From: Macrostomum lignano
Lineage: Eukaryota
Assembly (NCBI GenBank): GCA_002269645.1
Contig: NIVC01004883.1
Span: 1 to 32,443, forward strand
DNA: 32,443 nt
Reading direction: 5' to 3'
Made by a program: the position numbers and the translations under genes. The notes beneath the pieces were generated by a model that saw only the letters and a program-made list of their open reading frames with translations, searched no databases and was not told the origin of the DNA. This document shows positions 32,144-32,443 of the stretch, piece by piece. How positions within the stretch are numbered: position 1 is the first letter of the stretch; each line of letters opens with the position of its first letter.

Positions 32144-32443
32144 AGCGTTCGCAACGAGAAACTAGACGCGTTTATCTGCGGACAGCGCCCGCCTAAACTA
32201 CGAGGCCGCGGCTGATGAAAAATGCGAGCTGATGACCGCCGGCGACGTTTTTTGGCCGGACGGCTACGGCCTGGCGATGCCTCAGGACAGCCGTGGATTG
32301 CCGAGATCTCGCAACTGGTGCTGAACTTTCACGAGAGCGGCTTCATGGAGAAGTTGCGACACCAGATGGATCTTGGTCAATGAAACTAACTGCAAGAAGG
32401 CCAACTCTTCGCCGGCCACTCTGGGCCTCACAAACATGGCCGG
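32144..32443 (+). CDS. GRIN1: NMDA receptor GluN1-like exon (S2 ligand-binding lobe to pre-M4), interrupted by 3-5 single-base indels; runs off the window
   Basis: After acceptor CTCTCCATCCCAACAG (ends 32143), the frame-corrected reading is SVRNEKLDAFIWDSARLNYEAAADEKCELMTAGDVFGRTGYGLAMPQDSPWIAEISQLVLNFHESGFMEKLDTRWILVNETNCKKANSSPATLGLTNMAG. This matches recalled GluN1/Nmdar1 motifs AFIWDS, GELFGRSGYG, SPW, FHESGFMEKLD and TLGLKNMAG. Confidence 0.85.

Overview
Eukaryotic (invertebrate animal) genomic DNA, not prokaryotic. GC-rich coding islands separated by many minisatellites are reminiscent of a Macrostomum-type flatworm assembly; that assignment is inference only. About 14 kb (~44%) is tandem repeat, in about 18 mostly unrelated arrays, and these explain nearly all long ORFs in the track. 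Three protein-coding loci are supported. (1) A two-exon SSUH2-family zinc-finger gene on + (2686-4254), whose 5' part is hidden by about five single-base indels. (2) An intact, intronless synaptotagmin-7-like double-C2 ORF on - (26942-28201), with a polyQ tract and no transmembrane or cysteine anchor in the visible ORF. (3) An NMDA-receptor GluN1-like exon on + (32144 to window end), absent from the ORF track because of indels, and with no partner exons found in the window. The most interesting candidates are the apparently soluble Syt7-like protein and its possible nesting in a GluN1 intron. Protein comparisons are from recalled family sequences; no searches were run.
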